Below, piece by piece: positions 18,492 through 31,593 of a DNA stretch of 64,000 nucleotides. The notes beneath the pieces are model-generated. The model searched no databases, was not told where the DNA came from, and worked only from the letters and a program-made list of their open reading frames with translations. Origin of the DNA: Spirochaetia bacterium. Its GTDB lineage: Bacteria > Spirochaetota > Spirochaetia > SZUA-6 > Bin103. The first letter of the stretch is position 1, and each line of letters begins with the position of its first letter. The stretch covers positions 2,048,214 to 2,112,213 of the forward strand of contig CBDAOI010000004.1 in NCBI GenBank assembly GCA_965198005.1. The letters are read 5' to 3'. The position numbers and the translations under genes are program-made.

Positions 18492-18580
18492 GTGAGTGCT
18501 GACTACTTTGGATGGGTATTGCAGAGTCTTGCTTGTGTTAAAGCGCTTAGCCGTACCCGACGGCTGGCGCGGCGGATACG

Positions 18581-21474
<2,894 letters not shown>

Positions 21475-21478
<4 letters not shown>

Positions 21479-24180
21479 GTGCTGCCTGGAACTGGCCCGG
21501 CTCACGCTGGTGGCGCGTTGATCTGCATGCGCATTCGCCGGCGTCGCACGACTTCGGCACCCAGCCGGACCGTGATCGTCCAGATTGGGTGCGCTGGATC
21601 ACCGCCGCACGGGACGCCGGGCTGCACGCCGTCGCGGTGACCGATCATAACACGGCAGCGGCGGTCTCAGATCTCCAACATGCCGCTCAGCAGGTGGATG
21701 GGAGTCCGGTGCTGTTCCCCGGCGTCGAGGTTACGTCCAGCGACGGCGTACACATTATCCTTCTGGTGGACCCGGGTCAGTCGCAACAGCACGTCGACGA
21801 CTTGCTGTCAAGGGCGGACATCAGTGTGGCGAAGCGGGGTGACGAGACCGCCCGTTCACCGCTGAGCATCGAGCAAATCATAGCTGCATGCGCGGATGAT
21901 GCGCTGATCATCGCTCCGCACATCAACCGGCCGAGTGGGTTGCTTGAGCATGATGGTCAGCAGCGCATCGCAGAGTTGGGGGATGCCCGCCTGGCAGCGG
22001 TCGAGGTGGATCCCGAGGTGAGTATCGACGACTCCTGGATCGATGGGAGCAAACCTGAGATCGGGCGCCGTATCCCCCAGGTATGGAATTCCGATGCCCA
22101 CGCTTTCGATCAGTTGGGCCGACGCTGTACCTGGGTCAAGATGACCAAACCGGATGTCGGAGGTCTGAGGCTGGCCCTGCTCGACGGTGAAGACTCAGTC
22201 CAACGTGCGGTAGCGGAAGGAGCACCCGACCCGAACACGCACGCCGCAGCGGCCATCGAAGCCGTAACGGTACGAGATGCGAAGTATCTCGGTCGATCCC
22301 GACCGTGGCCCGTGACGTTCAACCCTTGGCTCAACGCAATCATTGGCGGACGCGGGACCGGCAAGTCGACGCTCGTGGACTTCTGTCGTGCGGCCCTTCG
22401 GCGCGACGCTGAGCTCCGCGATCACGCTGAGTTGCGTGACGCGTTACAACTAAGGCTGCGGGTCCCTCCCGAACGTGGCAAAGAGGGCCTCCTGACAGAC
22501 CGAACGACGATTGAGCTGATCTACCGGAAAGATGGGGAGCGTTTCGCCCTTTCCTGGAGTCTCGATGGATCCGTCATAGCAATCGAGCGCTGTGACGGGG
22601 AGCAACGGATTCCCGAGGAGGGCGACATCCGCGAGCGGTTTCCGGTACGTATCTACAGCCAAAAACAACTATTCGAAGTTGCCCGTAACCCGAATGCATT
22701 GCTCGCGGTGATCGACGATAGTGCGGAGGTCAAGGGAACTCATCTGCACCGGCATCGGGACGAAGTCGCCGCCCGCTACATGGCACTCCGAGCGGAGGCG
22801 CGCGCGCTACGGGCTGAAGCGGCTGACCTCCCCGCGCGCAGAGCCGCGCTTGCCGATGTGCGGAGGAAACTAAACGTGCTTCAAACTGGGAGCCACGAGT
22901 CGGTCATGAAGACCTATCGGAAGTACCACCGCTACGACGGCGCTTGGCAGTCGATCCAGAAGGATATTCGCGAGGCGGTTGCCGAGATCGGTCGTATGGT
23001 CGAGGACCTTGCGGTCGCAGATTTGGAGTGGGAAGAAACCAACGAAGACGACCCGGCAACGGCCGCACTGCGGAACGCGCACGAAGAACTCGGCCGGACG
23101 GTTGGCGCTCTCCAACAAGGCCTGCGGGCGGCCGTAGCGCTTGCTGAGCACCAACTCAAGGGGCTCGAAGGAAGTGCGGATGTGAACACTTGGCGCCAGG
23201 CGGTAAACGCAAGCACGTCACACTACGAGCTCGTTTCGTTGAATCTTGAGGCGGCGGGTATCGCCAATCCGGCGGAATACCGCACGTTGCTTGATGAGGC
23301 AGCCGCTCTTAAACAAGAAACTGTGCATCGAACTCAGCAAGATACCGTGGCAGAGCAGCGAGAAGAAGACGCAGCGGCCGTACTCAAGGAGTACCGCTCG
23401 CTGTGTGTCGAATTGAGCCGGAGGCGCGAGCGATTCGCGGCCCTGACCTCCAGCGACCTGGTGCGTATTGAGATCGATGCTGCCGGCCAGCGCAGCTATC
23501 TTGAGGAGTTTCTGCGCGAGACCTTGGGGATCGAGCGATTCGATAGAGACTACACGGAGCTGGCGCAGCGGATCCAACCCAACGGCGGGCAGAGTTGGAC
23601 TTGGGAGGCTCTGGATACCGTTGTCGACAAGCTGCGTTCGTTGGTAGCGGGAGTCGATCCAAGGTGGCCCGTACGGGATCGTCGGTTTTTGAATGCTCTG
23701 CAGCGGCTCCAGCCGGAGCGGCTAGACCGACTGGCGCTCTACCTGCCGGAAGACGCCGTCACGGTGAGCTTTCGCGACCAGCGTCAACCGGGAGCGCCGT
23801 GGCGGCCTCTCGCGCAAGGATCACCGGGGCAGCAAACTGCGGCCCTGCTGGCGTTCGTACTGGGGTACGGTGACGAGCCGATCATCCTGGATCAGCCCGA
23901 GGACGACCTGGACAATTCCTTCATCTACGAACTGCTCGTGCGTCGACTGCGGGAACAGAAGCTCCAGCGGCAAGTCATCGTCGTGACGCACAACCCCAAC
24001 ATCGTCGTACATGGAGATGCGGAACTCGTCGTGTCGTTGGAGACACGCTGCGGAGAGACTCACATCGTCTGTTTGGGCGGCCTGCAGGAGCGCGCGGTAC
24101 GAGACGAGATCTGTCGGGTGATGGAAGGTGGACGAGAAGCGTTTCTCAGTCGCTATCGGCGTATCATCCCCGGCGATTAG
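21475..24180 (+). CDS. PHP-domain + SMC/ABC-type ATPase fusion (Ppl/TrlF-like defence protein)
   Basis: DLHAHSPASHD, AVTDHN, GVEVT, H...PHIN, NSDAH (PHP metal ligands); IIGGRGTGKST; long coiled coil; LAQGSPGQQTAALL and IILDQPEDDLDN...VVTHNPN. ATGA overlap with the methyltransferase gene. Confidence 0.88.
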
Positions 24181-24187
24181 GCCACCG

Positions 24188-25405
24188 ATGACCGACACCG
24201 ACCTGCTCCGACAGATCCGACTCGGCGAAGATGGACGGGTAGAGTTCAAGCAGGTGTTCTTCTCCGGAGATCGAGTGACGAATCCGACCAGGAACGCGCT
24301 CGCCAATGAGCTGGCCGGGCTGGCCAACGGACGTGGCGGCACCCTGCTCCTGGGAGTTCATGACAAGACCAAAGAGATTCTTGGCATACCGCTGCCGCGT
24401 GTCGACACCGCAGAAGGCTGGGTGCGCGAGATTTGCAACGACTCGATCAAGCCGCCGCTTGACGCCGATATTCGCAAGATCGAGCTGCCAAATGATGACG
24501 GCGACCTGGTGCCGATCATTCGCGTCGACGTGCCACGCAGCCTGTTCGTACACGAGAGCCCTGGCGGATACTTCCGCCGCATCGGGAGTTCGCACCGCAA
24601 GCTTCCGGCGGAGGCACTGGCGCGGCTGTTTCAAGAGCGCAGTCAAAGCCGCGTGATCCGCTTCGACGAGTCGATCGTGCCGAGGGCTGCTGCCCGCGAC
24701 GTGGATGACCAGTTGTCCCAGCGTTTCCTGCGGGACGACGTCGCGGCGACGGAGGACACGCTACGCAAGCTGCGTATCGTGAGCGACGACCTGGACGGTG
24801 TTCCACGGCTGACGCTCGCAGGAGCGCTCATGTGCACGCTCGATCCGCAGCAATGGCTGCCGCACGCGCAGATTCAGGCCGTGAGCTACGCCGGCGAACG
24901 GTATGATGTGAACTACCAGAACGACGCCCGCGACCTGAATGGGCCGCTCGACGCCCAGGTCGCCGAGGCGCTCCACTTCGTGCGCCGCAACATGCTGGTC
25001 CGCGCTACCAAGCTGACCGGGCGTACCGAGCGCCCTCAGTTCAGCGAGCGGGCGGTGTTCGAGGCGCTGGTGAACGCCGTGGCACACCGGGATTACTCGA
25101 TAGCAGGGGCGAGGATTCGTTTGCATTTGTTCGGGAATCGACTCGAACTCTACGTTCCGGGCGGTCTCGCCAACACGCTCACACCCGACAGCTTGCATCT
25201 GCGGCAGGCCAGCCGTAACGAACTGATCGTGTCGCTGCTTGCCCGCTGCCCCGCGCCCGAGGGAGTCGGACGCTCGCACCTCATGGACCGGCGTGGCGAT
25301 GGTGTTCCCATCATCCTGCGTGAGAGTCGGGCGCTGTCGGGTCGACTGCCGGAGTACACGCTGATCGACGACAGCGAGCTGCGGCTCGTCATCTGGGCGG
25401 CGTAG
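24188..25405 (+). CDS. Schlafen/AlbA_2 domain + HATPase_c_4 (RecG-C-like) protein
   Basis: LGEDGRVEFK, LAGLANGRGGTLLLGVHD, AVFEALVNAVAHRDYS, RLELYVPGGL, SRNELIVSLL, MDRRGDGVP. ATG at 24188, 7 nt after the previous stop. Confidence 0.85.
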   Translation: MTDTDLLRQIRLGEDGRVEFKQVFFSGDRVTNPTRNALANELAGLANGRGGTLLLGVHDKTKEILGIPLPRVDTAEGWVREICNDSIKPPLDADIRKIELPNDDGDLVPIIRVDVPRSLFVHESPGGYFRRIGSSHRKLPAEALARLFQERSQSRVIRFDESIVPRAAARDVDDQLSQRFLRDDVAATEDTLRKLRIVSDDLDGVPRLTLAGALMCTLDPQQWLPHAQIQAVSYAGERYDVNYQNDARDLNGPLDAQVAEALHFVRRNMLVRATKLTGRTERPQFSERAVFEALVNAVAHRDYSIAGARIRLHLFGNRLELYVPGGLANTLTPDSLHLRQASRNELIVSLLARCPAPEGVGRSHLMDRRGDGVPIILRESRALSGRLPEYTLIDDSELRLVIWAA

Positions 25406-25417
25406 AATGGAGCGGTC

Positions 25418-25952
25418 ATGTCGCTGATTGCCAGGGAACTGCGCGAGGTATGGAACGCGCTGCGCGCCAGCAGCCGTCACCGGGACGACGCGCTGTCCGA
25501 GGTCCGCATCAGGAAGCTGCGCGGCATCCGGGATGCCCAGCAGCCTGTTCCCGAACTTCAGCAATCGCCAGGAGGATGTGCTCTCGGATACGGTGCAACG
25601 GACGGAGCTCGAGTTTCACTATCTCCACCAGGGCGATCGGCTGTCCATGGCTTGGCGGCGGAGCAAGAGCTGGAATCGCAGTTTCATGGGCCGCAAGGGA
25701 GACTACGCTCCGCGTCTCGGCCTCACGCCAGCCGACATGGAACGCAAGATGCGCGACCTGGAGCAATTGGTCGGAGGGGCGGTACAGCAGCGTGACTTGG
25801 CCAAGACCGCCTTGAGCACCTTCGCAGCCGATCTCGACCGCACCGTGGCGGAGATCGCTCGGATTGTTGGCCAGCGGGAAGCGGAGCGAAACGCGATTCC
25901 GGAGCTCCTGGTGGACCTGAAAGAGCAGGTCAGCGCATGGAGACGACTGTAA
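25418..25952 (+). pseudogene. Hypothetical coiled-coil protein, probably frameshifted
   Basis: GGAG SD and ATG at 25418 open MSLIARELREVWNAL...; plausible coding continues in the overlapping frame (LFPNFSNRQEDVLSD...AWRRL, stop at 25952). Inferred switch at about 25520-25545. Confidence 0.45.
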
Positions 25953-25973
25953 AACGGACGACCAAGGATTGAC

Positions 25974-28900
25974 ATGGCAGTAACCAATCACGAACGAGTA
26001 GGCAAGGGACTGGAGCTTCTGCGCAGCGGGCTGGGGCCGTTCGTTGAGCGCGAGCTGAAGCGGGCGGTGCAGGCACGCGAGCTGGACGACTACCGCCTGC
26101 GCGAGATAGCGGGTGACCCCTCGTTGCGGCGCGGCTCCGCGGAGTGGGACGTGGCCATGCTCCTGAAGCTGATGTGGGAGATGTGGAACGAGGTGTTTCG
26201 CACGATTCTCGGACGCTCCGACCGCAGTCTGGTCAGCGAGTTGCGCGAGCATCGCAACAAGTGGGCACACCAGGAGCTGTTCTCGAGTGACGACGCCTAC
26301 CGCGTCCTGGACTCGGCGCAGCGCCTGCTGACCTCGGTGTCGGCGCCGCAGGTGCAGGAGATCGACACCCTCAAGCAGGAGCTGCTGCGGGTGCGGTACC
26401 AGGAGCAGGTGCGTGGCGAGCAGCGCAAGAAGGGCAGGACCACCGTCGCCGATGGGGCGGTTGCCGGGCTTAAGCCGTGGCGGGAGGTGGTGACCCCGCA
26501 CCAGGACGTCGCCAGCGGCCGCTATCAGCAGGCTGAGTTCGCCGCCGATTTGTGGCAGATCTACCTTGGTCAGGGTACCGCCGAGTATCGCGATCCCGTG
26601 GAGTTCTTCCGCCGAACCTATCTCACCGACAGCCTGCGGGCAATGCTGACCGGCGCCGTGCAGCGGCTGGCTGGGCTGGGCAGTGACCCGGTGGTCCAAC
26701 TGCAGACCAACTTCGGCGGCGGCAAGACCCACTCGATGCTGGCCTTGTATCACCTGTTCTCAGGGACGCCCCCGACGAGCCTGGCCGGAATCGACGGAGT
26801 GTTGAAGGCAGCAGATGCCGGCGAGCTGCCTGCGGTGCGGCGCGTCGTGTTGGTCGGTAACCGAATCTCTCCCGGCAACCCGGTAACCAAAGACGACGGC
26901 ACCGTCGTGCGCACCCTCTGGGGGGAGCTGGCGTGGCAGCTCGGTGGCAAGGAGGCGTTCGCCCGGCTGGCGGCCGACGATGAAAACGCCACCAGTCCCG
27001 GCGACCGCCTGCGCGAGTTGCTCATCGAGCACGGACCCTGCCTGATCCTGATCGACGAGTGGGTGGCCTACGCCCGGCAGCTCCACGATCAGAGCGATCT
27101 GCCGGCGGGCAGTTTCGAGACCCAGTTCACCTTTGCGCAGGCGCTGACCGAGTCGGCCAAGCTGGCCGGCAACTGTCTGTTGGTAATAAGCTTGCCCGCC
27201 TCGGACGCCGATGAGTCGCCGCATACCCAGGCGGACGACGCGGAAGTGGGCGGCCAGCGCGGACGGGAGGCGCTCGACCGCCTGCGCAACGTTATCGGCC
27301 GCATCGAATCCTCGTGGCGACCGGCCACGGCGGAGGAGAGCTTCGAGATCGTGCGCCGGCGCCTGTTCCAGCCGTTCAACGATCCGGCGCAATTCACGGC
27401 GCGAGATGTGGTAGCACGCGGGTTCTCCGAGCTCTACGGTGCACAGCAGCAGGAGTTTCCCCGCGAGTGTCGGGAAGGCGACTACGAGAAGCGGATCAAG
27501 GCCGCCTATCCAATCCACCCCGAGGTGTTCAATCGGCTGTACACCGACTGGTCGGCGCTGGCGAAGTTTCAGCGTACCCGCGGCGTGCTGCGGCTCATGG
27601 CGGCGGTCATTCACAGCCTGTGGGAGAAGGGAGATAGCAGCCCGCTCATCCTGCCGGCCAGCGTGGCGATTGACGATGTGCGGGTGCAGTCCGAGTTGAC
27701 CCGCTACCTCGACGACAACTGGACGCCGATCATCGAGAAGGATGTAGACGGCGCGGGCTCCCTGCCGATGCGGATCGACGCCGAGCAACCCAACCTGGGC
27801 AAGTTCGCGGCGGCGCGCCGCGTCGCACGGGCGATCTTTCTCGGATCCGCACCGACGACCGCGGCCGCCCACCGTGGCATCGACGACCGGCGCGTAAAGC
27901 TGGGCTGCGTCATGCCGGGCGAGACACCGGCGGTGTTCGGGGATGCCCTCCGGCGCCTGGCCACGGTTGCCACCTATCTGTACGAGGACAGCGCCCGCTA
28001 TTGGTACGACACGCAGCCCACGGTCACCAAGTTGGCCGAGGATCGCGCCGAGCAACTGCTGCGTAGTCGCGACCGCGTTGCGCACGAGATCGCCACACAT
28101 ACCCGCGCCAAACTGCGCGAAGCCGGCGATTTCAGCCGCGTGCACCCCTTTCCCCAATCGGGCCAGGATGTTCCCGACGATCTCGACACCCGTCTCGTCG
28201 TTCTGGATCCGGAACACCCCTACACCAGAGGTGGAGTGAGCCCGGCGGAGACCCAGGCGCAGGCAATCTTCGAATCCCGCGGCAACGCCCCGCGCATCTA
28301 TCGCAACACCCTGGTGTTCCTCGCCGCCGACGCCACGCGGCTGCAGGAGCTGGACCAGGCGGTGCGCCGACTCCTCGCCTGGGAATCGATCGTCGGCGAG
28401 AAAGAGCAGCTCAATCTCGCCCCTCACCAGGTGCGGCAAGCCGACACGCAGCGCGAGGCAGCCGCTACCGAGATGGTTTCGCGTATTCCGGAGACCTACC
28501 GCTGGCTGCTGGTGCCGGGACAAGCCACGCCACAGTCCGAAGTGACCTGGGATGCCTTGAACCTGACCGGGTCGGATTCACTGGCCGTGCGTGCGGCCAA
28601 CAAGCTCAAGAGTCAGGAGGGGTTGGTAACCGGTTACGCCGCCTCGCTCCTGCGGATGGAGTTGGACCGCGTCCCGCTGTGGCGGCAGAATCACGTGTCG
28701 GTTGCCCAACTGGTCGAGGATTTTGCCCGCTACCTCTACCTGCCACGGCTGCGCGACCCGCAGGTGCTGCTGGGCAGCATCACCGATGGGGTGTCCTCGA
28801 TGACCTGGGAACAGGACGGCTTCGCCTTCGCCGACAGCTACGATGAGGCGAAAGGCCGCTACCCGAACCTGCGCACCTCACAACAGATCATGCTCCCGGA

Positions 28901-29273
28901 CGCCCACTCTCCAGGACTGCTCGTCAAGCCCGAGGTGGCACGGCAGCAGCTCGACGAGGAAGTGCCTCTGCCCCCGGGACCTGATCCACGCCCGGGACCC
29001 GACCCGCCCCCACCGCCGCCTCCATCACCAAAGCCGACGCTGAAGCGCTACCACGGCTCCGTAACCCTCGACACCGCCCGCGTCGGGCTCTCGGCCAGTC
29101 AGATTGCCGAGGAAGTGATCGCCCACCTCAACGGCCTTCCGGGAGCGCAGGTCACGGTGACGCTGGACATCCAGGCCGACATCCCCGAGGGCGCGCCGGA
29201 TCACGTCGTGCGCACGGTTACCGAGAACAGCCGCACGCTCAGGTTCACAGATCTGGGATTCGAGCCGGAGTAG
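25974..29273 (+). CDS. DUF499-family AAA+ ATPase with N-terminal Swt1-like HEPN domain
   Basis: N-terminal ELREHRNKWAHQ (Rx4H HEPN motif); LKPWREVVTPHQDV, QTNFGGGKTHSMLALYHL, ILIDEWVAY, YPIHPEVF, FQRTRGVLRLMA. Confidence 0.93.
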   Translation: MAVTNHERVGKGLELLRSGLGPFVERELKRAVQARELDDYRLREIAGDPSLRRGSAEWDVAMLLKLMWEMWNEVFRTILGRSDRSLVSELREHRNKWAHQELFSSDDAYRVLDSAQRLLTSVSAPQVQEIDTLKQELLRVRYQEQVRGEQRKKGRTTVADGAVAGLKPWREVVTPHQDVASGRYQQAEFAADLWQIYLGQGTAEYRDPVEFFRRTYLTDSLRAMLTGAVQRLAGLGSDPVVQLQTNFGGGKTHSMLALYHLFSGTPPTSLAGIDGVLKAADAGELPAVRRVVLVGNRISPGNPVTKDDGTVVRTLWGELAWQLGGKEAFARLAADDENATSPGDRLRELLIEHGPCLILIDEWVAYARQLHDQSDLPAGSFETQFTFAQALTESAKLAGNCLLVISLPASDADESPHTQADDAEVGGQRGREALDRLRNVIGRIESSWRPATAEESFEIVRRRLFQPFNDPAQFTARDVVARGFSELYGAQQQEFPRECREGDYEKRIKAAYPIHPEVFNRLYTDWSALAKFQRTRGVLRLMAAVIHSLWEKGDSSPLILPASVAIDDVRVQSELTRYLDDNWTPIIEKDVDGAGSLPMRIDAEQPNLGKFAAARRVARAIFLGSAPTTAAAHRGIDDRRVKLGCVMPGETPAVFGDALRRLATVATYLYEDSARYWYDTQPTVTKLAEDRAEQLLRSRDRVAHEIATHTRAKLREAGDFSRVHPFPQSGQDVPDDLDTRLVVLDPEHPYTRGGVSPAETQAQAIFESRGNAPRIYRNTLVFLAADATRLQELDQAVRRLLAWESIVGEKEQLNLAPHQVRQADTQREAAATEMVSRIPETYRWLLVPGQATPQSEVTWDALNLTGSDSLAVRAANKLKSQEGLVTGYAASLLRMELDRVPLWRQNHVSVAQLVEDFARYLYLPRLRDPQVLLGSITDGVSSMTWEQDGFAFADSYDEAKGRYPNLRTSQQIMLPDAHSPGLLVKPEVARQQLDEEVPLPPGPDPRPGPDPPPPPPPSPKPTLKRYHGSVTLDTARVGLSASQIAEEVIAHLNGLPGAQVTVTLDIQADIPEGAPDHVVRTVTENSRTLRFTDLGFEPE

Positions 29274-29277
29274 CGAA

Positions 29278-30332
29278 ATGGCGAGCGAGCAATTGCTGCA
29301 AGATCACGTAGCCGAGATTCAGGCTATTGGGCGCCGGCTCGCGTCGTTGAAGGCCTCACGCGAAGCCCTCTACGACGCAGTGAGGGGGCTCGATCACGGC
29401 ACGGCGCAAGCGCTCAAGGAGAGCAACGAGAAGGCGGCGATGGCCGCGCGTCCGGTTAACCTCGTACGCTACGAGATCCTGCGCCGGGTGCTTGCCGGCG
29501 AGGAGGTGGACGCGACAGGGACGGAACGCCTGCAAGACGCGATCGTGCGACGAGAGGAGTCGGCTTTCCCCGGCTACCCCGAAGCGTTCTACCAGCAACT
29601 GCGCGCGGCGGACATCAAGGCCAACGCGTTTCGCAATTGGAAAGATCATTTTCGCCTCTTCTACTCCTTTTTCTACTCCGGCGAAGATCGAGATCGTGTA
29701 CCGAAGGTGCTCGACGAGATTTGTGACGGAACTAAGAGAGAGTTGAGACTCGAAGACCATGGTCACGTCACAACTTCGGTGACACATCCTGCTGGTTGGC
29801 AGTTTCCCCCCGTGAAAAGACTTCTCACAAGACTGCCTACCAACTCTTCGTGGGTATTAGTCCGACCAGTGTGAGATACGGTATTCATCCGGGATCTCTG
29901 GTTGCTCGCGGGAACGCGTCGTTCAAGTTGAACAATGGAAAGACTCTTAGGGAGGCTGTGAATCACTTCCACGACAACCGAGAGCGGTACGTTCGACTCA
30001 ACAAGGAGCTCGTGACGATCTAGAAGTACGCGCCGGGGCCGCGTGCCGATCATTGGGAAGAGTTCTACAATCCCTCCAATTCCAACACGGTATGGAATCT
30101 GGAGAACTTTCGCGATGCCAGTATCGGAGATATTGTAGTCGCAAATCGAGGCCTCAGCGAGGTGGTCGGCATCGGTGTGGTCGCCGGTCCATACGAGTAC
30201 GACGGTGATCGCAGCGAATTCTGGCATGTGCGCAAAACCCGTTGGATCGTTTCTACCGCGCTGACGTTCGACCGGCCCATTTTCCGGTTCGACACGTTTG
30301 CTCCTACGTTGAAGTGGGCTCTCATCCGATAG
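29278..30332 (+). pseudogene. Decayed McrB-N-like gene with an EVE/PUA-like domain, truncated before any AAA domain
   Basis: Frame 1 runs 29278 to about 29765. A second frame gives NFGDTSCWLAVSP..SHKTAYQLFVGI. In-frame TAG at 30021 lies inside I*KYAPG (probably IWKYAPG), followed by IGDIVVANRGLSEVVGIGVVAGPYEYD...HVRKTRW and a stop at 30332. Confidence 0.6.
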
Positions 30333-30434
30333 CGCGTTCTCGAGAGCCACCCGGAGCTCGCTGCGGAGATGGACGGTGGCTGGGAGGGATTCTCCTGCAA
30401 GGCAGCCTCGGCGAATCACTGATGGGCCACGGGA

Positions 30435-30710
30435 GTGGTGGGCGGCGTCATCATGGGCGTGGCTGCTCTGAGCTTCCTCGGCTACGGTCTGCCGCTCGGG
30501 ATTCCCCAGTGGGGCGGCATGCTCAGCCGCGAAGGACGCGTCTACATGGAGGCGGCGCCGCGGCTGGCGCTGTGGCCCGGCCTGTGCCTGACGGTCACCG
30601 TCTACAGTCTCAACATGCTCGGCGACGCGGTGCGCGACCTGCTCGACCCGCGGCTGCGGGGTGGGGTGGGGTGGGGCGTCCGGGCGCATGACGCACGAAG
30701 CGCGCGTTGA
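30435..30710 (+). pseudogene. 3' fragment of a DppC/OppC-type peptide ABC permease
   Basis: AALSFLGYGLP..PQWGGMLS.EGR.YM..AP.LALWPGLCLTVTVYSLNMLGDAVRDLLDPRLR is the DppC C-terminus; the N-terminal part of the protein is absent. Confidence 0.8.
30658..30676 (+). other. Perfect G-quadruplex motif (GGGGT)3GGGG
   Basis: Four G4 runs separated by single T at 30658-61, 30663-66, 30668-71, 30673-76. Confidence 0.7.
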
Positions 30711-30736
30711 CGGCGCCGGCGGCCGGCTGCTACTGT
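30707..30736 (+). promoter_or_regulatory. Probable sigma70 promoter of the yebC-ruvCAB-queA operon
   Basis: TTGACG (30707-30712), 18-nt spacer, TGc-TACTGT (30731-30736); GGAGGAG SD follows. Confidence 0.55.
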
Positions 30737-30755
30737 GGGCGGGAGGAGTACGTCA

Positions 30756-31502
30756 GTGTCCGGTCACAGCAAATGGCACTCGATACGGCACAAGAAGGGT
30801 ATCACCGACGCCAAGCGGGGCAAGATCTTCACCAAGCTGATCAAGGAGATCACGGTTTCGGCGCGCCTCGGCGGCGGCGACCCCGAGGCCAATCCACGGC
30901 TGCGAACCGCGGTGATGAAGGCCAAGGAGGCCAACATGCCGCGCGACAACATCGACCGCGCCATCAAGAAGGGTGCCGGCGGCGGCGACGGCACCGAGTT
31001 TCACGAGTTGCGGTACGAGGCCTACGGACCGGGCGGCGTCGCCCTCCTGATCGAGGTGCTGACCGACAACAAGAACCGCTCCGCGGCCGAGATTCGCAAT
31101 ATCCTCACCAAAGGGGGAGGCAGCCTCGGGGACTCGGGGTCGGTCGCTTACTTGTTTCATCGCAAGGGGATAATCGCGTTCGCCGCGGACCGGTACGATG
31201 AGGATCAGGTGATGGAGGTGGTGCTCGAAGGCGGCGCCGAGGACGTCGCCACCGAGTCCGATACCATCGAGGTGCTCACCGAGCCGGAGGACTTCATGGC
31301 GACCCTGGGACTGGTGGGCCGGGCTGGGCTGGAGCACACCATGGCCGAGGTGTCCTGGGTCCCTGAGGCGAGCGTCACCCTCGACTCCGGCAAGGCGCAA
31401 CGCGCATTGCGGCTGATCGAAAACCTGGAGGACCATGACGACGTCCAGCAGGTGTCGACCAACATGGCGGCACCGGACGAAGTCGCCGTCGAGCAGCGTT
31501 AG
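30756..31502 (+). CDS. yebC: YebC/PmpR family protein
   Basis: SGHSKWHSIRHKKG..DAKRGKIFTKL, YEAYGPGGVAL, DHDDVQQVSTN; GTG at 30756 with SD. Confidence 0.96.
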   Translation: MSGHSKWHSIRHKKGITDAKRGKIFTKLIKEITVSARLGGGDPEANPRLRTAVMKAKEANMPRDNIDRAIKKGAGGGDGTEFHELRYEAYGPGGVALLIEVLTDNKNRSAAEIRNILTKGGGSLGDSGSVAYLFHRKGIIAFAADRYDEDQVMEVVLEGGAEDVATESDTIEVLTEPEDFMATLGLVGRAGLEHTMAEVSWVPEASVTLDSGKAQRALRLIENLEDHDDVQQVSTNMAAPDEVAVEQR

Positions 31503-31531
31503 GAGTCTGTCGGATTGCGACAGACTCCTAA
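31499..31531. repeat. Perfect 14-bp inverted repeat with a 5-nt loop (terminator-like or IS-end scar)
   Basis: ttaggagtctgtcg-gattg-cgacagactcctaa, overlapping the yebC stop. A second imperfect hairpin follows at about 31548-31578. Confidence 0.75.
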
Positions 31532-31593
31532 CGGTGGGACGGGATGGGCCAAAAGCGTCGCCCCGGGCGGCGGTTTTGGGGCGTTAGGCGTCT

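Noticed and set aside
16868-18580. Group II intron, retron or DGR context for the RT
   Set aside because: No maturase/endonuclease domain or intron domain V, no retron VTG motif or room for msr-msd, no template/variable repeat pair. Only a 6-bp hairpin at 18549-18565.
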